From Antedon mediterranea (taxonomy: Eukaryota; Animalia; Echinodermata), in the NCBI RefSeq assembly GCF_964355755.1, contig NC_092671.1:5394001-5458000 (forward strand): a DNA stretch of 64,000 nt, written 5' to 3'. Positions 39,596-53,065 of the stretch are shown one piece after another. The notes under the pieces are model-generated. The model was given only the letters and a program-made list of their open reading frames with translations. It had not been told where the DNA came from and did not search any database. The stretch's first letter is position 1; the number at the start of each line of letters is the position of its first letter. The position numbers were made by a program, and so were the translations under genes.

Positions 39596-42500
39596 TTAGA
39601 GAGTCTAATCAATACAATGTGTTATATCCACAACAACATTTAAAAAGCATCCCCTTTGTCCACACCAGTTGTTGCACCTTCATCACTCTCCGTAAATGTT
39701 TTCACTTGTCGTCCACAAGTGAATCAAACTCATCAATTTCCAAATTGTTTCCAAAAATTCAATAACTTCCTGAAGATTAAACAATTACTTGGTTTAAAAT
39801 TAAACAAACCAGACTCACATAGTATATAGCTACATTGGAGCAATCACTTAAACTATTAGCTGTTTCCACCAAACAGTCAAGTTTTGCCGTAAATGACAAT
39901 TTACATTGATTTGTTTTTTTGCGGACGAGGCCATTGACCTAAGGTTTATGACAGTGGCATGCCTTTTAATATTACTTTCTACTTTATTTTAAATTAAAAC
40001 AAATCTTGTATCGCCGTACTAAACATGTGAAATTGCTGATTGACTAGCAAAAGGTTATAAGTTTGATAGAGGGTGTCTGTGTGTATTTAATTATTTCAAT
40101 CATAATAATTTAATTTTGTTATAATTGTGCGTAAAAGTGATTTAAAAAGGATATAATTACAAAGGCATAATGATAAATTATGCTGAAGGTTATGAAAATT
40201 CAGGTTATTACAATTTCAAATTCTTCAGGCTTAAACCTTTCTATGAACTGAAACCGTCTACAGTTGATTAGACTATTGTAAAGCAAAACAATCTTTGACA
40301 CGTCCATGAATCAATGGCGCTTACAAACCATCCTTGGATATGAAATTTCTAAATGCAGTTGGCAATTCGTTTTACGAATGAACTGAATTTTAATTTACTA
40401 TTGATCGGGGAGACGGATAAGGTTAATTAGTTATCAAGTCCAGAAGCTTTTTTGTCGGGATATGCGTCGGGTCAGTTTATTATAGCGTGAAATATTTGTT
40501 TACCTGTCCAGGTGCGTTGTGGGATGAATTATAAAGAAATAGATAATTTAATTAAATAAATAAAGGGAATGCGTGTTTAGTGAATATTGTCTACCTGTTT
40601 ATAGTGTAATGCAATGAGTTATAGACATATGCATTCAGGTCTATAAAGCTGTCTGTTTGTTTGTCTGTCTAGACTAATTTTGTTTTATCATTCCTTTTCC
40701 ATCGGTTCTGCAATGTAGCCTACAGATTTCACATTATAGCCTGCTATATGCTGAAAAGGTAATAATTTAAATCTAAAGTCTTTTTTTCCAAATATTTTTC
40801 TAGTTAAAGATCTTTTTCTGTGCCCTTAACTTGTTGTATACATCCCTGCATCAAAATATTTGGCAAACTTTTATATCATACGATTCAGTAAAACCTTTTA
40901 ATTCCTTGATAATCTGGGCATGTACTGTACAGTAGTTAGCAAGCAAAATAATGTTATAATTTAAATATTTATGTATATATTACAGCACGCTATGGATAAT
41001 CATCCCAGATGAATTCAGCATACAAATGTGTAGTATTGATTTTGTATCTTGTGACCACCATAATTATGTCTATTGGTTGAGGCTACATTGCTGTTAGCGC
41101 CCTCGTGTGATTATCATCTAATTGTATTTGATAATGCTGTTCACAATGCTATTGATTGCTTAATGATATCATTGTTGGTTATGTTATCAAGAATATGCCC
41201 TATGAAATGCATTTAATTTTCATATCATGAATATTTATTAGGTAGCTTTAGGCAACTTTGGTTTCTGTTTTCTCGAGGGAATTTCTATATTATCTTGAAA
41301 GTTAAATAAATCTAATGGCTCCATCGTCTAATGGTCGAGGCTTCATTGATGTTGGCGCCCTCTTGTGATGTAAAGTAACTCTTTTTGTTTATAGACTGTC
41401 TACTGGTTAGGGTAAATAACATGTCCTACAATTTGAATTTAATTAAAATTTCATGAATATTAAATAGATTTCTTATAGGCACTCCAAAGGTTATCTATAA
41501 AACTTGAGGCAACATTCTTCTATCTTGTGTGTTTATTAGTGTGCTATTGATTAGGTATACTGTATTGGTTAATAATTGAAAAAGGAAAATAATAAATAGT
41601 TTTTAAAGCCAGATTGTTCCAGTTTCTGAAGATTTCTATTATTGGTGACTGCACTACTGATAGCATCATTGTGATGAAATTGCCATCCTCCCATCATGTA
41701 TGCGTTTTGTTATTTAAAGATACATGTTCCCCATAAAACATAAATTATTATAATTGTTACTGTTGAATATTCCATTTTAATGTCATAGTTTGAAACAAAA
41801 CAAAAAATAATTACCTAATTTTAAGAAAAAATAGAGAACCCATTGTCTGGAAGTCAATCATTTTGAAACTGTTTATATTTGGTTGTTTTGCTTTCAACAC
41901 AAAATACAGGTTATAAACTGACTCATCAATCTCATATAAATCCTTCATATAGATATTTAAAGTATTATACTGCCTTGATTCTTATGAAAATCAATATTAA
42001 CCTTCTAATAAATAATATGGAAATATTCATGCCTCCAAATACTCATCCGACCATCCACCCATCTGATGATAATTTCCTGATGCTAGCTGTCTCCTCCTCC
42101 GCACACTTAGTCATCTTGTGAATATTCCAAGAAAAATAATCAATAAAACGAATGACATGCTAATGAATATTAAAACATTCCAATGAATATGCTAATTAGA
42201 CATTGCAATGAAAAAGCTATGATGTAATTGCTAAAATTAAAATCCAAGGAATCCTAATAAAACAGGATATATGGCTGATATAAAACAATATTTATTGCAT
42301 TCTGTAAGTAATGATGGATTGCCTCTAGTCTATTGCTCTAGGATCTGTAAGAATGTGTCCCCGATGGGTTGTTTATTGATTACGCCAAGCAGAAGAATCC
42401 ACCGTACGCTGCCTTTGAGTAGGGGAGTGATTGCTTACTGAACGAGTCATACTCGTTGGATGAATATCTTATTAACATATATTTGCATTGTTGTGGCTAG

Positions 42501-44595
42501 CGTAGCATACATTGCAGGTAGATTTCTTGGTGGTGAGTTGTATCTATTAAATCTCTCATATTATTATTGTTTATGGTTTATATTATTAATGTTTATGTGC
42601 TATATTGTATTCATGATATCTATAGGTAATCTGTATTGCATGGATTATAATCAGGCGTGGTGTAGTGTAGTATAGTAATCTGACAGAGATTCATTCATTT
42701 ATTTATTACTACTACTAGTACTCTACTCTTATGTCCTTGCTCAGTGCAATGTATATGTATGTATGTTATTAGTAATTTATTCCGCTATCTTTATTAATAT
42801 CTTAAGAGTTGTAATCGGACAGTGAGGAAGAGCATATCATTTGTTATTATCTCTAATTGTCTGTCCTTATTTAGTAAATTATGTATGTTTTAATAGTTTA
42901 TTTAACAATAGAATTAAAACATTATTGTAGAGAACATTTTTATAAGAATGTATTTTATTGTTTGTGTTTTCTTAATTTTGAGGACATTGTTCAAATGTCC
43001 ATTCCATTGTTGGATAAAAATATGTTTTCTTCTATCTCCCAAGTTTTTTTTTGTTTTTGGAACATGTGTAACCGGGTTGTATGTTTTTTTTTTCTATGGG
43101 GTAGGTTTCAATAAAATCATGATAGTTCTTAGTAAATGTTCTCGTTACTTTTGAAATAGATTCATTGATTTAGTTACTAGCTTTACTGATAATGATAATA
43201 TACTCGTTCCAAATTTAACTGTACAATGTGTAATTGAGCCAAATAGCAGTATCACTCCATTTTTATTAGGTTTTACTCATTAGTATTACTTAACCTAATA
43301 CAAAAACAAACACCTATACAGTAACTACAAAAGTGTGTTACATTATATAATTTATTATATATTATATTTCATTACCATAATTCTGGTGACAGGTGTTCCA
43401 TGCTTGCTTTATTTATTATCCCGATGCTTCTGTTTATCCATCAGGCATAAATTTGTTTTGACACTTTCTTTCCGAATGATTTACTTGGAAGGATTGATAT
43501 TAATTTGTAAGCAGATTCCATTAAACAACATGCCAGTATGTTTAGCTGTAGTAGTGGATGTAAGGTAGTGATTTTGTAGACATGAATACAAATTACTTGG
43601 ACGAACCAGAACTTACATTTTCATAGTTTTCACATCTTTCTACTGTACCTATCCATTCATTAATTTGTACTACTGCTCATTCATTCATTTATTCATCTTT
43701 ACTTCCATTCATTCATTCATCAATAATGTATTACTCATTTATCAATAAAAATATTCCTTCATCCATTCATCTATTATTCAGCAATCAAGTATCAATGATG
43801 ATATACAAAGGTTGAGAAATACAATTTGTTTGAAGGCAATTTTCATTTACTGTACACTTTAACAGTACAAAATTTATTAAATTGGGTGTGATAAAAAAAA
43901 AAATCTGTTTTGTTGTATTGTACTGTAGATAAATATTTTGTTTTACATTTATTATATTCAACAAATAAGTATAAGAATTAAGTATTTTTATTTATAGAAT
44001 CTTGACATTTCATGATAGGTTGCTTCACTAATGGTTTCTATCAATACATAAGAATGTGATACATTTTGTTATTGTTTTCTAAGATTATATTTTAAAAAGC
44101 ATTCCATTTGTCCGCATCAAAACCCAGACAGTTTGAAAAGTTCAAGTGAGGCTACGATATCGCTTTCGTACAATTAAAACGAAACACTCGGTCAATACAT
44201 TCTGTCTGTCTTTTGCAGATGAGATTCATATGGATCGGCAAGATTAAAATAAATGAGAAGAATCCATGATATTATGGGTTTGGGGCGTTTGTTATGAGCA
44301 AGAATATACATTCTGTTATTAGTGAACAGTTAATGATAATGTCAATGTTCTATTGTAATATGAGACGCTTTAATTTCACACGTATTAATTGCTAAATGTT
44401 GATATCGTAAAAGTGCATGATATAAGATTAAAGTTTACTAATGAAATCTATGAATAACGAATGCTGTACTTTAATAATTTCTGTAAAATTCTTCATAACC
44501 TGGAAGAAAAAATAAAATTCAACCATGTTGATAATAAAGATGACCATCATTATATGTGTACATAATTTTACAATAATAATAAAAGTTCATTCTTA

Positions 44596-44866
44596 ATATA
44601 GCGTATTTATTATAAGCAAGCTCTCATTGCGCTGCACAAATATTACCCCGGTCATTTTTTATATCATACACATTGGAAACATACTCCCATAATAATTCAG
44701 CTAGTATTCAGCGCAAAGTTGTGTCTTGATCTAACCAGATACCCATTTTATACACCTGGGTGGAGAGAGGCAAATGTAAGTAAAGTGTTTTGCCTAAAGG
44801 ATACAAGCAATGTGACGAGAGTTGGATTCAAACCAACGTAATCCAACGTCCAACACACTGTGCCAT
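44596..44866 (-). mobile_element. tRNA-derived SINE with CORE-like domain (boundaries approximate)
   Basis: Reverse strand reads ggcaaaacactttac...tgcctctctccacccaggtgtataaaatgggta, preceded by a B-box-like ggtttgaatcc. Confidence 0.7.
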
Positions 44867-45254
44867 ACGCGATCACAATCTTTGTTATCATCTATCAATT
44901 TCTTTTAAAATGTCAAACTAATAATTTATCCAATTTGTTATTTCATGCATATTCTTCACCAATTAGTACTTTACTATTTCCCCACTGCTCCTCGTTAATT
45001 AAGGTTCATTTCAGCACTGCAATTAATTGTATTATAACATTCCTATAAGGCCAGAAAAGCTTCTACATAGTTTATAAAGCAATGAATCTAGCCAACATAA
45101 GTAAATTGGCTGTGTGTTAGTTTTAACAAAGATTTGATAAATGTTTTTCCTTTATAAACGCGTTTCAACGGTTTCTGTTGCATTTTATCTAGACAGCCAA
45201 AATATTTTCATAGTGAGAAATTGATGCTGTTTTTTGCATGCATCTGTTTTCTAA

Positions 45255-46334
45255 GGCCCTGTTCAGACCCATGGCGTTAGACCGTTTTAGCGTACAACGT
45301 TACTATCAAGGTCACGTTACAAACCGCAGAGAAAAAAACGAGGTGTTCAGACCCATAGCGTACGATTATCGTTACAACGGAAGTACGTCATCCAGGTTGT
45401 TTCTAGTTGCATATTCATGTGCTCTTACCCACGTGTTTTCATCATTATTTCCACTGTATATAGGCCTAGATCTCAGCCCTACAATTATGACAAAATTTGC
45501 CGTAAATAAAACATACCTCAGCATTTATTTAAGAAAAATATAGTAAAGCCAAATTTCTGTTTCTATTGTTTTTATTTTGTAGTAAAAAACATTTTCCCCA
45601 GGCTCTTGTGTTACGAAAATAAAGCAGGCCTCGTAATGATGAAGAAAAAAATGATTGTGATTAGTCTATCCAGTCCAGTCAAAGATATATATTCTTTGGT
45701 CCATTCGGTTGAAAATAACCCTTAACTTGCTAATAAAAGGGACACAGCTCCCCTTGTTTGTTTACCGATTTTTTTAGGAGTTAGGGGGTTTTCAGCATTA
45801 AACTTGTCCAGTCTAGTCTGCCTTGTATGAATGAGTGACTTGATGTCCCACGCTAGTTTTTAGCTTGAATGAAATGCGTGAATGGCTCTAGGCCTACTAC
45901 CGGTAGGCCTAAAAGCGGATGGGATCGTAGTCCCTATGTTTAAATACAAGGTGCATGTATTTATGTCATTTGTTAGAAAATATAATGGTAATCAGTTGAT
46001 AATAGTTTGTAGCCTTTGTAACAGTTGTATTTGTAGTGTAGTTAGGCCTTATTTATTCTGGCCTTTTTGTTATTGAAATCCATCTCACACATTGACGATA
46101 CAAGATGTCAGCCTAGGTCAAACCTTGTTTCGCGTCATAACAGGAAACGTTCTGATTGGATACAACGTTGACTTACAGTAGCGTCGTACGCTAAAACGGT
46201 ACTATCAACCGTTTTCCACTACAACGCTACAACCGTTGTACGACGCGTTGTACGCTAATCCCCAACTGTTCAGACACACATTCTTTTAGCGTCGTACGCT
46301 AAAACGGTCTAACGCCATGGGTCTGAACAGGGCC
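45255..46334. mobile_element. Non-autonomous PIF/Harbinger element, 1080 bp
   Basis: Perfect 41-bp TIR ggccctgttcagacccatggcgttagaccgttttagcgtac, TAA TSD on both sides, subterminal repeats, no transposase ORF. Confidence 0.95.
45680..45698. mobile_element. 19-bp near-palindrome with near-perfect 7-bp TSD
   Basis: GTCCAGT|caaagatatatattctttg|GTCCATT. Confidence 0.55.
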
Positions 46335-46443
46335 TAAGTTACAATAACATTCTTTAGTCCATAATATCAAAGAAAATTAAACAAGATTAATTGAGGTTCT
46401 TTAAGTTCCATGAAGTGGGCTAACATTAACAAAGGTGGCGTAA

Positions 46444-46566
46444 TATACAAATAATGAAAAAGTACTATTGAACGACCATTCAATAATAGTGCGTACTATT
46501 GCACGCTATGTGACCCACAATCGTGCAATAAAATGACAGAAAATTATTTAGGTGTTAATAATAATA
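46444..46566 (-). mobile_element. Internally deleted copy of the 314-bp hairpin element
   Basis: Reverse complement matches about 23000-23105 joined directly to the terminal cattatttgtata. Confidence 0.85.
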
Positions 46567-47519
46567 ATACCACTTCAACCATTCACTTTCATTTCATGAT
46601 ATTAAAAAAGAATTTTCCGGGAAAGACAAATTTCAAATATAAAATAAACCAATTAATAATGGAATCTTGAGTTGCTGCAAATAATTTAGATATTTTTTTT
46701 AAATCTAAAACTAAAAATTAATTTTAAAAAAGAACACTAAAAATGATGTAATGGTGTAAATTACACAGTTTTATTGGTTATAAATCATTATTATATAGAT
46801 ATTATCCTATAATTCTTGATCATATATCTGTCATTTAAACTAAAAATTCCACACTTGCACAACTTTCCATGTCAAACGCTCTACTTAGTCCCACTTAAAT
46901 ACACATCAGCGTTTTATTCATCGATGTTAACAAGTAATTTTCAAGAATATTATAATGACATTAAAAGTAGAGTAAGAAATATAACCTTAAAAATGAAGTT
47001 GTGGTGAAAGGCCATGCATTATTTTCTCCTTTTTGGGGGGGGTGGGGGGTGGGAGTGGTGGGGAGGGGGAACTATTTCACTTTTGTAAATATTTTGTGTG
47101 GATATGTTTACTTTAGAAAAGTAGGCGTGTTATAAAACAAATAAGAAATAGTATGGATTTGATTTTTCGATATTTGTATGTATTTTTGTGCCCATCATTG
47201 AAGACGTTCAGTATATTTTTATTTCGTAAGAGATGTGTATTTTTGACAAAGGAATCACAAATTGTAAAATAAATTATAATTTAAATATTAAAAAATATAT
47301 GAATACTTAAATTATTCTGATAAATATCAAACCTATTAAACAACTATTTTTATTGCATGTTGCAAGTAGATCCAAGGTCATTGAGTTTATGAATTATTCT
47401 TACAGATATTGAAAATTACGTATGTTTATTGTAGTTATGTTGAGTGGATTCATTTTTATCCTGTCGGTTTATGAAGTGGATTTACATTGTTTACTTTGAT
47501 TTATTTTGGTTTTTTGTAG

Positions 47520-47625
47520 GATCTTTATTGTGAACGAACTTGAGAATGAAGAGACGATGAAATCATGCTTCCTCACTCAATTACAAGGTTTAACTCAGAA
47601 ACTTGAGGCGCTTCCAAAGGAGAGT
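47520..47625 (+). CDS. APC: APC coding exon (second coiled-coil region)
   Basis: Acceptor tttgtag and donor gtaagt. RIFIVNELENEETMKSCFLTQLQGLTQKLEALPKES resembles human RSLLLADLDKEEKEKDWYYAQLQNLTKRIDSLPLTEN. Confidence 0.92.
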
Positions 47626-48820
47626 GTAAGTATATTCTTTTTTTAAAAGATATTTCAAAATAAGTGTAGTCATTTTTGGCTTTCATTGTCATCATCTGAC
47701 ATGACATGCTACTACTCTATGTACTGTAGGTTTCGGTGACTAGTTCTCTCCAATACAATGGTTTTCAAGATGATTTTAATTCATTTTGTATGTATTTAAT
47801 TGATGAAGTACAGTTAGCATGTATTCATCATGTTTAATATCTTGAAGAAGAGAATATATTCTGTCTCAAACACAGCTCTATGTTGTACATTTTATGATTA
47901 TATTTTGGCAAAAATTTAAATATCTGGTGTAACATTAAAATGGCCTATTTAACAAAAACAAATTTATAAATTATTTTTTCAGGGGTCCAATATATATTTA
48001 AACATAAAATAATACTTAATATTTATTGTAAAAAATAAATATTCTGCCCCTTCTATCAACACTGTAACAACTATTATAATATAATATGTGCATATTATCT
48101 CATTAACTTAATGGCCCGTCGTTCGTCAGGTGCTTACCATCTTTTATGTATCGATATTATACTTTTTTTCTCCATGGCATACAAATGTGTTATTGATCGT
48201 TTTATGCGTTTGATATGAAATATAAGTTCATTTTAACATTACAAGATCTGATGTTATACACCTGAATATGGCAAAATAGGTTTTTATGTGTTATTATAAG
48301 CTTGGCTACATCCCTTATAGTTAATAACATTATGAGATGCTAATTCTCTGTTTATTTTTGTATATTTGATAAAGGGATTTTCTCAGTTACTCTCTATTAT
48401 AATTGTACAAAATAGGTTTTTGTGTGGTAAACTTGATTGAAGTGCATTTTTTTAGCTACATCCCTTCTTGCTGTAGTTTATTCTACTTTAGTTTTGTGTA
48501 CTTTTCATATCTAGTTTCAGATAGACTTTGATATCGAAAACAAAGCTCTAATTGTTTGCGTAGCGTATGAACAATCACGAATGTTAATCAAATTGTATTG
48601 TTATATGTTCTGAACTTTACCTCAAGAATTCTATGCACAAAGCCATTATTATGATCCCGCTCTGGATTATTTACGTTGCTGTGGCTGACCTTATTGGAAT
48701 ACAAATACTATCTCTAGAAACATTATCAAATGTAATGTTAATGTGGTAATGGTTCAGCCTGACCTTGAGTTATTCATACAATTTGACTTTGAATTCTAAA
48801 AAAAGCCCTTTTCACTTTAG

Positions 48821-49018
48821 TTTTCAATGCAGAATAACATGGCCAGAAGACAGCTTGAATATGACGTAGGCCGCGTTAAAGATACCATGCAACATAGGCT
48901 AGGAACGTATAAGGAGATAGCCGCGAGATATGAGGCAAGAATAAAAAGACTACGCAAGATCGACAAAGAGATCGTTCAGCTTCAAACTCGGCAGGACCAA
49001 CTTGAGAGAATCTTGCAG
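48821..49018 (+). CDS. APC: APC coding exon
   Basis: Acceptor ctttag and donor CAG|gttggt. FSMQNNMARRQLEYD...RLGTY...RIKRLRKIDKEI resembles human FSLQTDMTRRQLEYE...QLGTC...RIARIQQIEKDI. Confidence 0.93.
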
Positions 49019-49247
49019 GTTGGTATTCATTTAAGGATGTAAAAAAAGATTTTATGAACTGGAAGATTCTGTTTAGATTTAACAAGATTTTTTTATTAAG
49101 ATGGTTTTGTTCGTTTATTTATTCGACCAGCATAACAATAAAAAACAATTTGTGTTGTAATATTAAGGTTATTTAAGTACTAATAATATGTACAGTATCT
49201 TAAAAGAAAAGCTTAATTTGAAAGTTTGACCTGACCTCTTTTTTCAG

Positions 49248-49751
49248 GATGATCTTCAAGAGTCGAAACGTGACTCCGGAAGCTGTGATCATTACGATAC
49301 AAATGCAAATACAGAGAGTCAGCAAAATGAGGGCACAAGTGCAAATGACGGCAATAACAATGATGATTCAAATACCGGTGGGGATAATAACGGATTCAAT
49401 ACCTCTCGTTATCCGTGCGACAGTGGCATTTTACCCGATGTCGACAACACAGAAGACACATCAACAAAATCGCGTATGGTCACTACCTCAACACAAACAA
49501 TGGATGATTTTATGGATCCATATATGCACCTGACGGGAGATAATGCGTACCCACGTCAGGGCCAACATAACATGGGAGTGCCATTAAATCCAGAGATGTA
49601 TCATGGGACTTGGTCCTTTTTACCCGCTGCGAATAGCCAACAATCGCGACATTCAGCAAAATTGAATGCAGATATGGATACGTCAAGTGTCATGAGTTTT
49701 AACAGCTCTGCCGGCTCAGGTTCAACGCCTAACCATATGATGGGCAGTAAG
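49248..49751 (+). CDS. APC: APC coding exon (low-complexity linker)
   Basis: Acceptor ttttcag, 504-nt open frame ending DMDTSSVMSFNSS...HMMGSK and donor gtatgt. Resembles human ETASVLSSS...HLGTK. Confidence 0.9.
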
Positions 49752-50203
49752 GTATGTAAAACATTCGTGTGTATTTGCAGTTAAGCCAGCTTAAATTTAT
49801 TCTGCCCAGTCTAAAATGTATTTAAAGGTCGTTCACATACTGTAATAGCTCAGTTAGCTCCCCACTTTAATAAGAAGCATACTGTATTCAGTAAGATGCT
49901 TATCCTGATCCTGTACTTTTTTGTTATCACTCTAGCTCTTTGGTATCACTACATTAAAATATTTAATTAATTATTGTTATTGTTATATTACTCTAAAGTT
50001 CGGGGGAAAAAGGTTGTTAACAACAACAATTGGGGCTAATTTTTCTCATTCTCACAGATTTCCTTATCGTTATCATTTCTAAATTAATGAATTAATTTTC
50101 AGTGTATCACTGGGCAGTTTAGAATTTCTTCTTTGTCTGTTTATTTATAATTTTATTTATAAATTTATAGTTTATTAATTCACTGATAAATTTAAATTAT
50201 TAG

Positions 50204-50321
50204 GTAGAGATGGTTTACTCTTTGCTTTCAATGCTTGGAACGCATGATAAAGATGATGTTTCACGTACATTGCTTGCAATGTCAAGTTCTCAAGACAGCT
50301 GCATAGCGTTAAGACAGTCAG
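50204..50321 (+). CDS. APC: APC coding exon (pre-armadillo region)
   Basis: VEMVYSLLSMLGTHDKDDVSRTLLAMSSSQDSCIALRQSG is nearly identical to vertebrate APC. Bounded by tag and gtaaga. Confidence 0.97.
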
Positions 50322-50702
50322 GTAAGACTTTACAGTAAATGACAAATACAGATAGAAAAAATATAAAACTATCATACAGTAGAACCAGAGGCATAGTAAT
50401 CAGACATGTTTTACATACATCATGCTTAATAGTGAAGAACCATCACTTCTGTTGCCTGCATGAATAATGCATTTTCTATATAGCCTATATTTATAGTTAT
50501 TTTAAATTGTAAAACTACTATTATTAAATACCAGAAGTGGTCTTTGATTTGAGGTAGACATGCCATCATACAGTTTGAATTTGATTTGACTTTTATCAAT
50601 CTATTCTATGACTTCTAGAATTCATTTCACAACTTTTTTAATATGTTCCAATAGTTTATCATAGTTCTATCTCATTAATATTATTTTAAGCTTTTAACAC
50701 GC

Positions 50703-50832
50703 GCTCTGTCTATACCATCAAACTTTATGAGACAATGTGTCCATATATTATATAGATAATATTTGGGCATAACACTACCATATTTGGGCACATCACACTT
50801 TTTTTGTCAAACTAGTTTGATAGTGTAGACAC
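50703..50832 (+). mobile_element. MITE family A copy 6 (degenerate)
   Basis: gctctgtctatacc...aaactagtttgatagtgtagaca. Confidence 0.82.
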
Positions 50833-50864
50833 TAGCATAATACACAAAGCTTCTAAATGGTTCA

Positions 50865-51060
50865 CATAATTTTACCCGATCATAGGATCAAATGTGTGTA
50901 CAGCTCCCAAATTATGCAACTAGCATCACTGCAACTGTGTTTGACCCTTCTTTTTCACCTGGGTGAAGAAAGGCAAACATAAGTGTCGTGCCTTAGGACA
51001 CAAATAATGCGACGAACGTTTGGTCTCAAACTTTCCAGTCCTAACACTCTACGCCACATG
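50865..51060 (-). mobile_element. Second, more degenerate copy of the same SINE
   Basis: cacctgggtgaagaaaggcaaa...agtgtcgtgccttaggacaca aligns with 44753-44806. Confidence 0.65.
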
Positions 51061-52000
51061 CTCTTACATTATTCTACCACATCTCCATAACTCCATAAAA
51101 TAAGCTCACAAATAAATTGCCTTTCCAGTCAAACCTGTCATGATATGTGTATTTTGTTCCAATGTCTTTTCTGATTTAATTGTACCTTGTCAAGGTTGTC
51201 ATTCATTAAATATCCTTTTACGTCAAACCCACAAGCAAAATTCAGTTTAACTTATTTTGTTGTATTAAAATACTATTGTAAGAGCCAATTTAATGTGACT
51301 GTTGTATGACTTTATCCTTGAAGCATAAGAGTTGATATTTAATTTATTAAAAGGTTTCTTGATTTTTATCTCCATTTTTACATCAAACCTGTAAATTCAT
51401 TTTTTATTTAGAAAAATAAATGTATAAGAGGAAGTATGACATTTCAAGTGTAGTAATTGTCAGATTTTGCAATAGATTAAAAGTACATTTCTCTTTTCAC
51501 AATTATGATAAGGATCAAAAGATATTTCTTAATGATTAAATATATGTATTCTAGCATTCATAGATTAGGAGTTAATTATATTAAATATAAAAAACATTCT
51601 GTCATTCACGGATTACTGTAGGAGTAATTACATTAAAATAGGCTATAATTCCTTTTACCACAAATCATTCTCAAATCAAGCAACATTTACTGTTGGATGT
51701 TTAGCATTAGCTTTAATAATATCAGCTGAAGAAAGTAGTGCTAAGCAGAAAAAAAAGTATATATAAAAAATATATTATGGAACAAAATAAAACATAAAAA
51801 AGTATAGTATGTCATATTATTAGATATTAGTTGACATATTATCTTCAAATTTATAGCTATAATAATATATTTCATTATTGTAACAGTGACACACACCTGC
51901 TCAGCTGTGCATTCAACAAACTGAATTATATAAACGAAATATAATTTGGTTTCAAACAATATTATGATGTGTTATGTATTTATGTTTTATTCTATCATAG

Positions 52001-52240
52001 GATGTTTGCCTTTGTTAATCAACCTTTTACATGGTCCAGAAGATTCACTTATGGGGGATCCGCGAGCGAGCAAAGAGGCACGTTCTCGTGCTGGTGCTGC
52101 TTTACATAATGTAGTGCATTCGCATCCTGATGAGAAAAAGAAAAAAGAGGAGGCAAAGGTGCTAAGGCTGTTGGAGCAGATTAGATCATATTGTGATTTT
52201 CTGAGAGATTCAAATGAAAGACCAAGTAGCAGTACTGACG
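52001..52240 (+). CDS. APC: APC coding exon
   Basis: Encodes GCLPLLINLLHG...SKEARSRAGAALHNVVHSHPD...VLRLLEQIRSYC. Bounded by catag and gtaagg, phase 1/1. Confidence 0.97.
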
Positions 52241-52435
52241 GTAAGGTTCTAGACACTACATCCATCCCTTTATTTTTCTAAAGAATTGAGATCTAGGTCA
52301 AAAGGGTCACCCAGGACCAACTAAAAATGCTATGCATGACAATCCTTGTGTCTTGGAGAATTTGGGTAACAGCAACATTTTCATTTCCAGGTTTTTACAT
52401 TTAGCAAGTCTATATAATATACATTGAAATGCTTG

Positions 52436-52588
52436 CGCTCTGTCTACAAACTTTGTGACACAAAAATGTGATGTGCCCATATATCGACATGATCATGATG
52501 ATGGGACATATCACTACCATATTTGGGTATATCACTACCATATTTGGGTTCTTTTTTGTCAAACTAGTTTGATAGTGTAGACAGAGCT
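52436..52588 (+). mobile_element. MITE family A copy 7
   Basis: gctctgtctaca...tttgatagtgtagacagagct|TAA. Confidence 0.86.
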
Positions 52589-52668
52589 TAAGATATGCTT
52601 TAATACTGTATGACTGTTTCCAAGTGTGTTGCAAGCCTAATCATTATCAATGATCTTGTTCATTACAG

Positions 52669-52770
52669 ACCCAACATCACCAGTATTTGATCACAATCCA
52701 GCGCCTGCTGTTGCCACACTCATGAAGTTGTCATTTGATGAGGAACACCGTAGTGCAATATGTCAATTAG
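52669..52770 (+). CDS. APC: APC coding exon (armadillo repeat 1)
   Basis: Encodes DPTSPVFDHNPAPAVATLMKLSFDEEHRSAICQLG with the LMKLSFDEEHR motif. Bounded by ttacag and gtaata. Confidence 0.97.
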
Positions 52771-53065
52771 GTAATATTTACAATAACATTTTTGTATATC
52801 ACTACGAAAGCCATTAATTCTACTGACTTTTTAACACCAGTTATTAAAAATACTCGGTTTTGCCTATTTACAACTTGCAATTTCTAGTTTACAAAAAATG
52901 ATATAGTCTGATCTTTGAATATTTCTTTGAAACTTTGCACCAAGTAATCTTAAATATGACCATTGATTAAATTTACAGTTTAATGATGTGTAGTTTTACA
53001 GTGTGATAACCTCTCTATTTTACCATAGTTATTACCAATATTCTTTAATTTTCTTTAAATTTCAG

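Noticed and set aside
40619-40646. ttatagac...gtctataa hairpin
   Set aside because: An 8-bp stem without flanking duplication, consistent with chance.
42881-43568. Hydrophobic 68-77 aa ORFs (and similar short ORFs throughout the introns)
   Set aside because: Typical products of T-rich intron sequence with no splice or homology support.
45238-46076. ORFs within the Harbinger element as a transposase
   Set aside because: Short, with no DDE or Myb/SANT features.
47034-47069. G-rich tract with G-quadruplex potential
   Set aside because: An isolated low-complexity intronic run with no supporting context.
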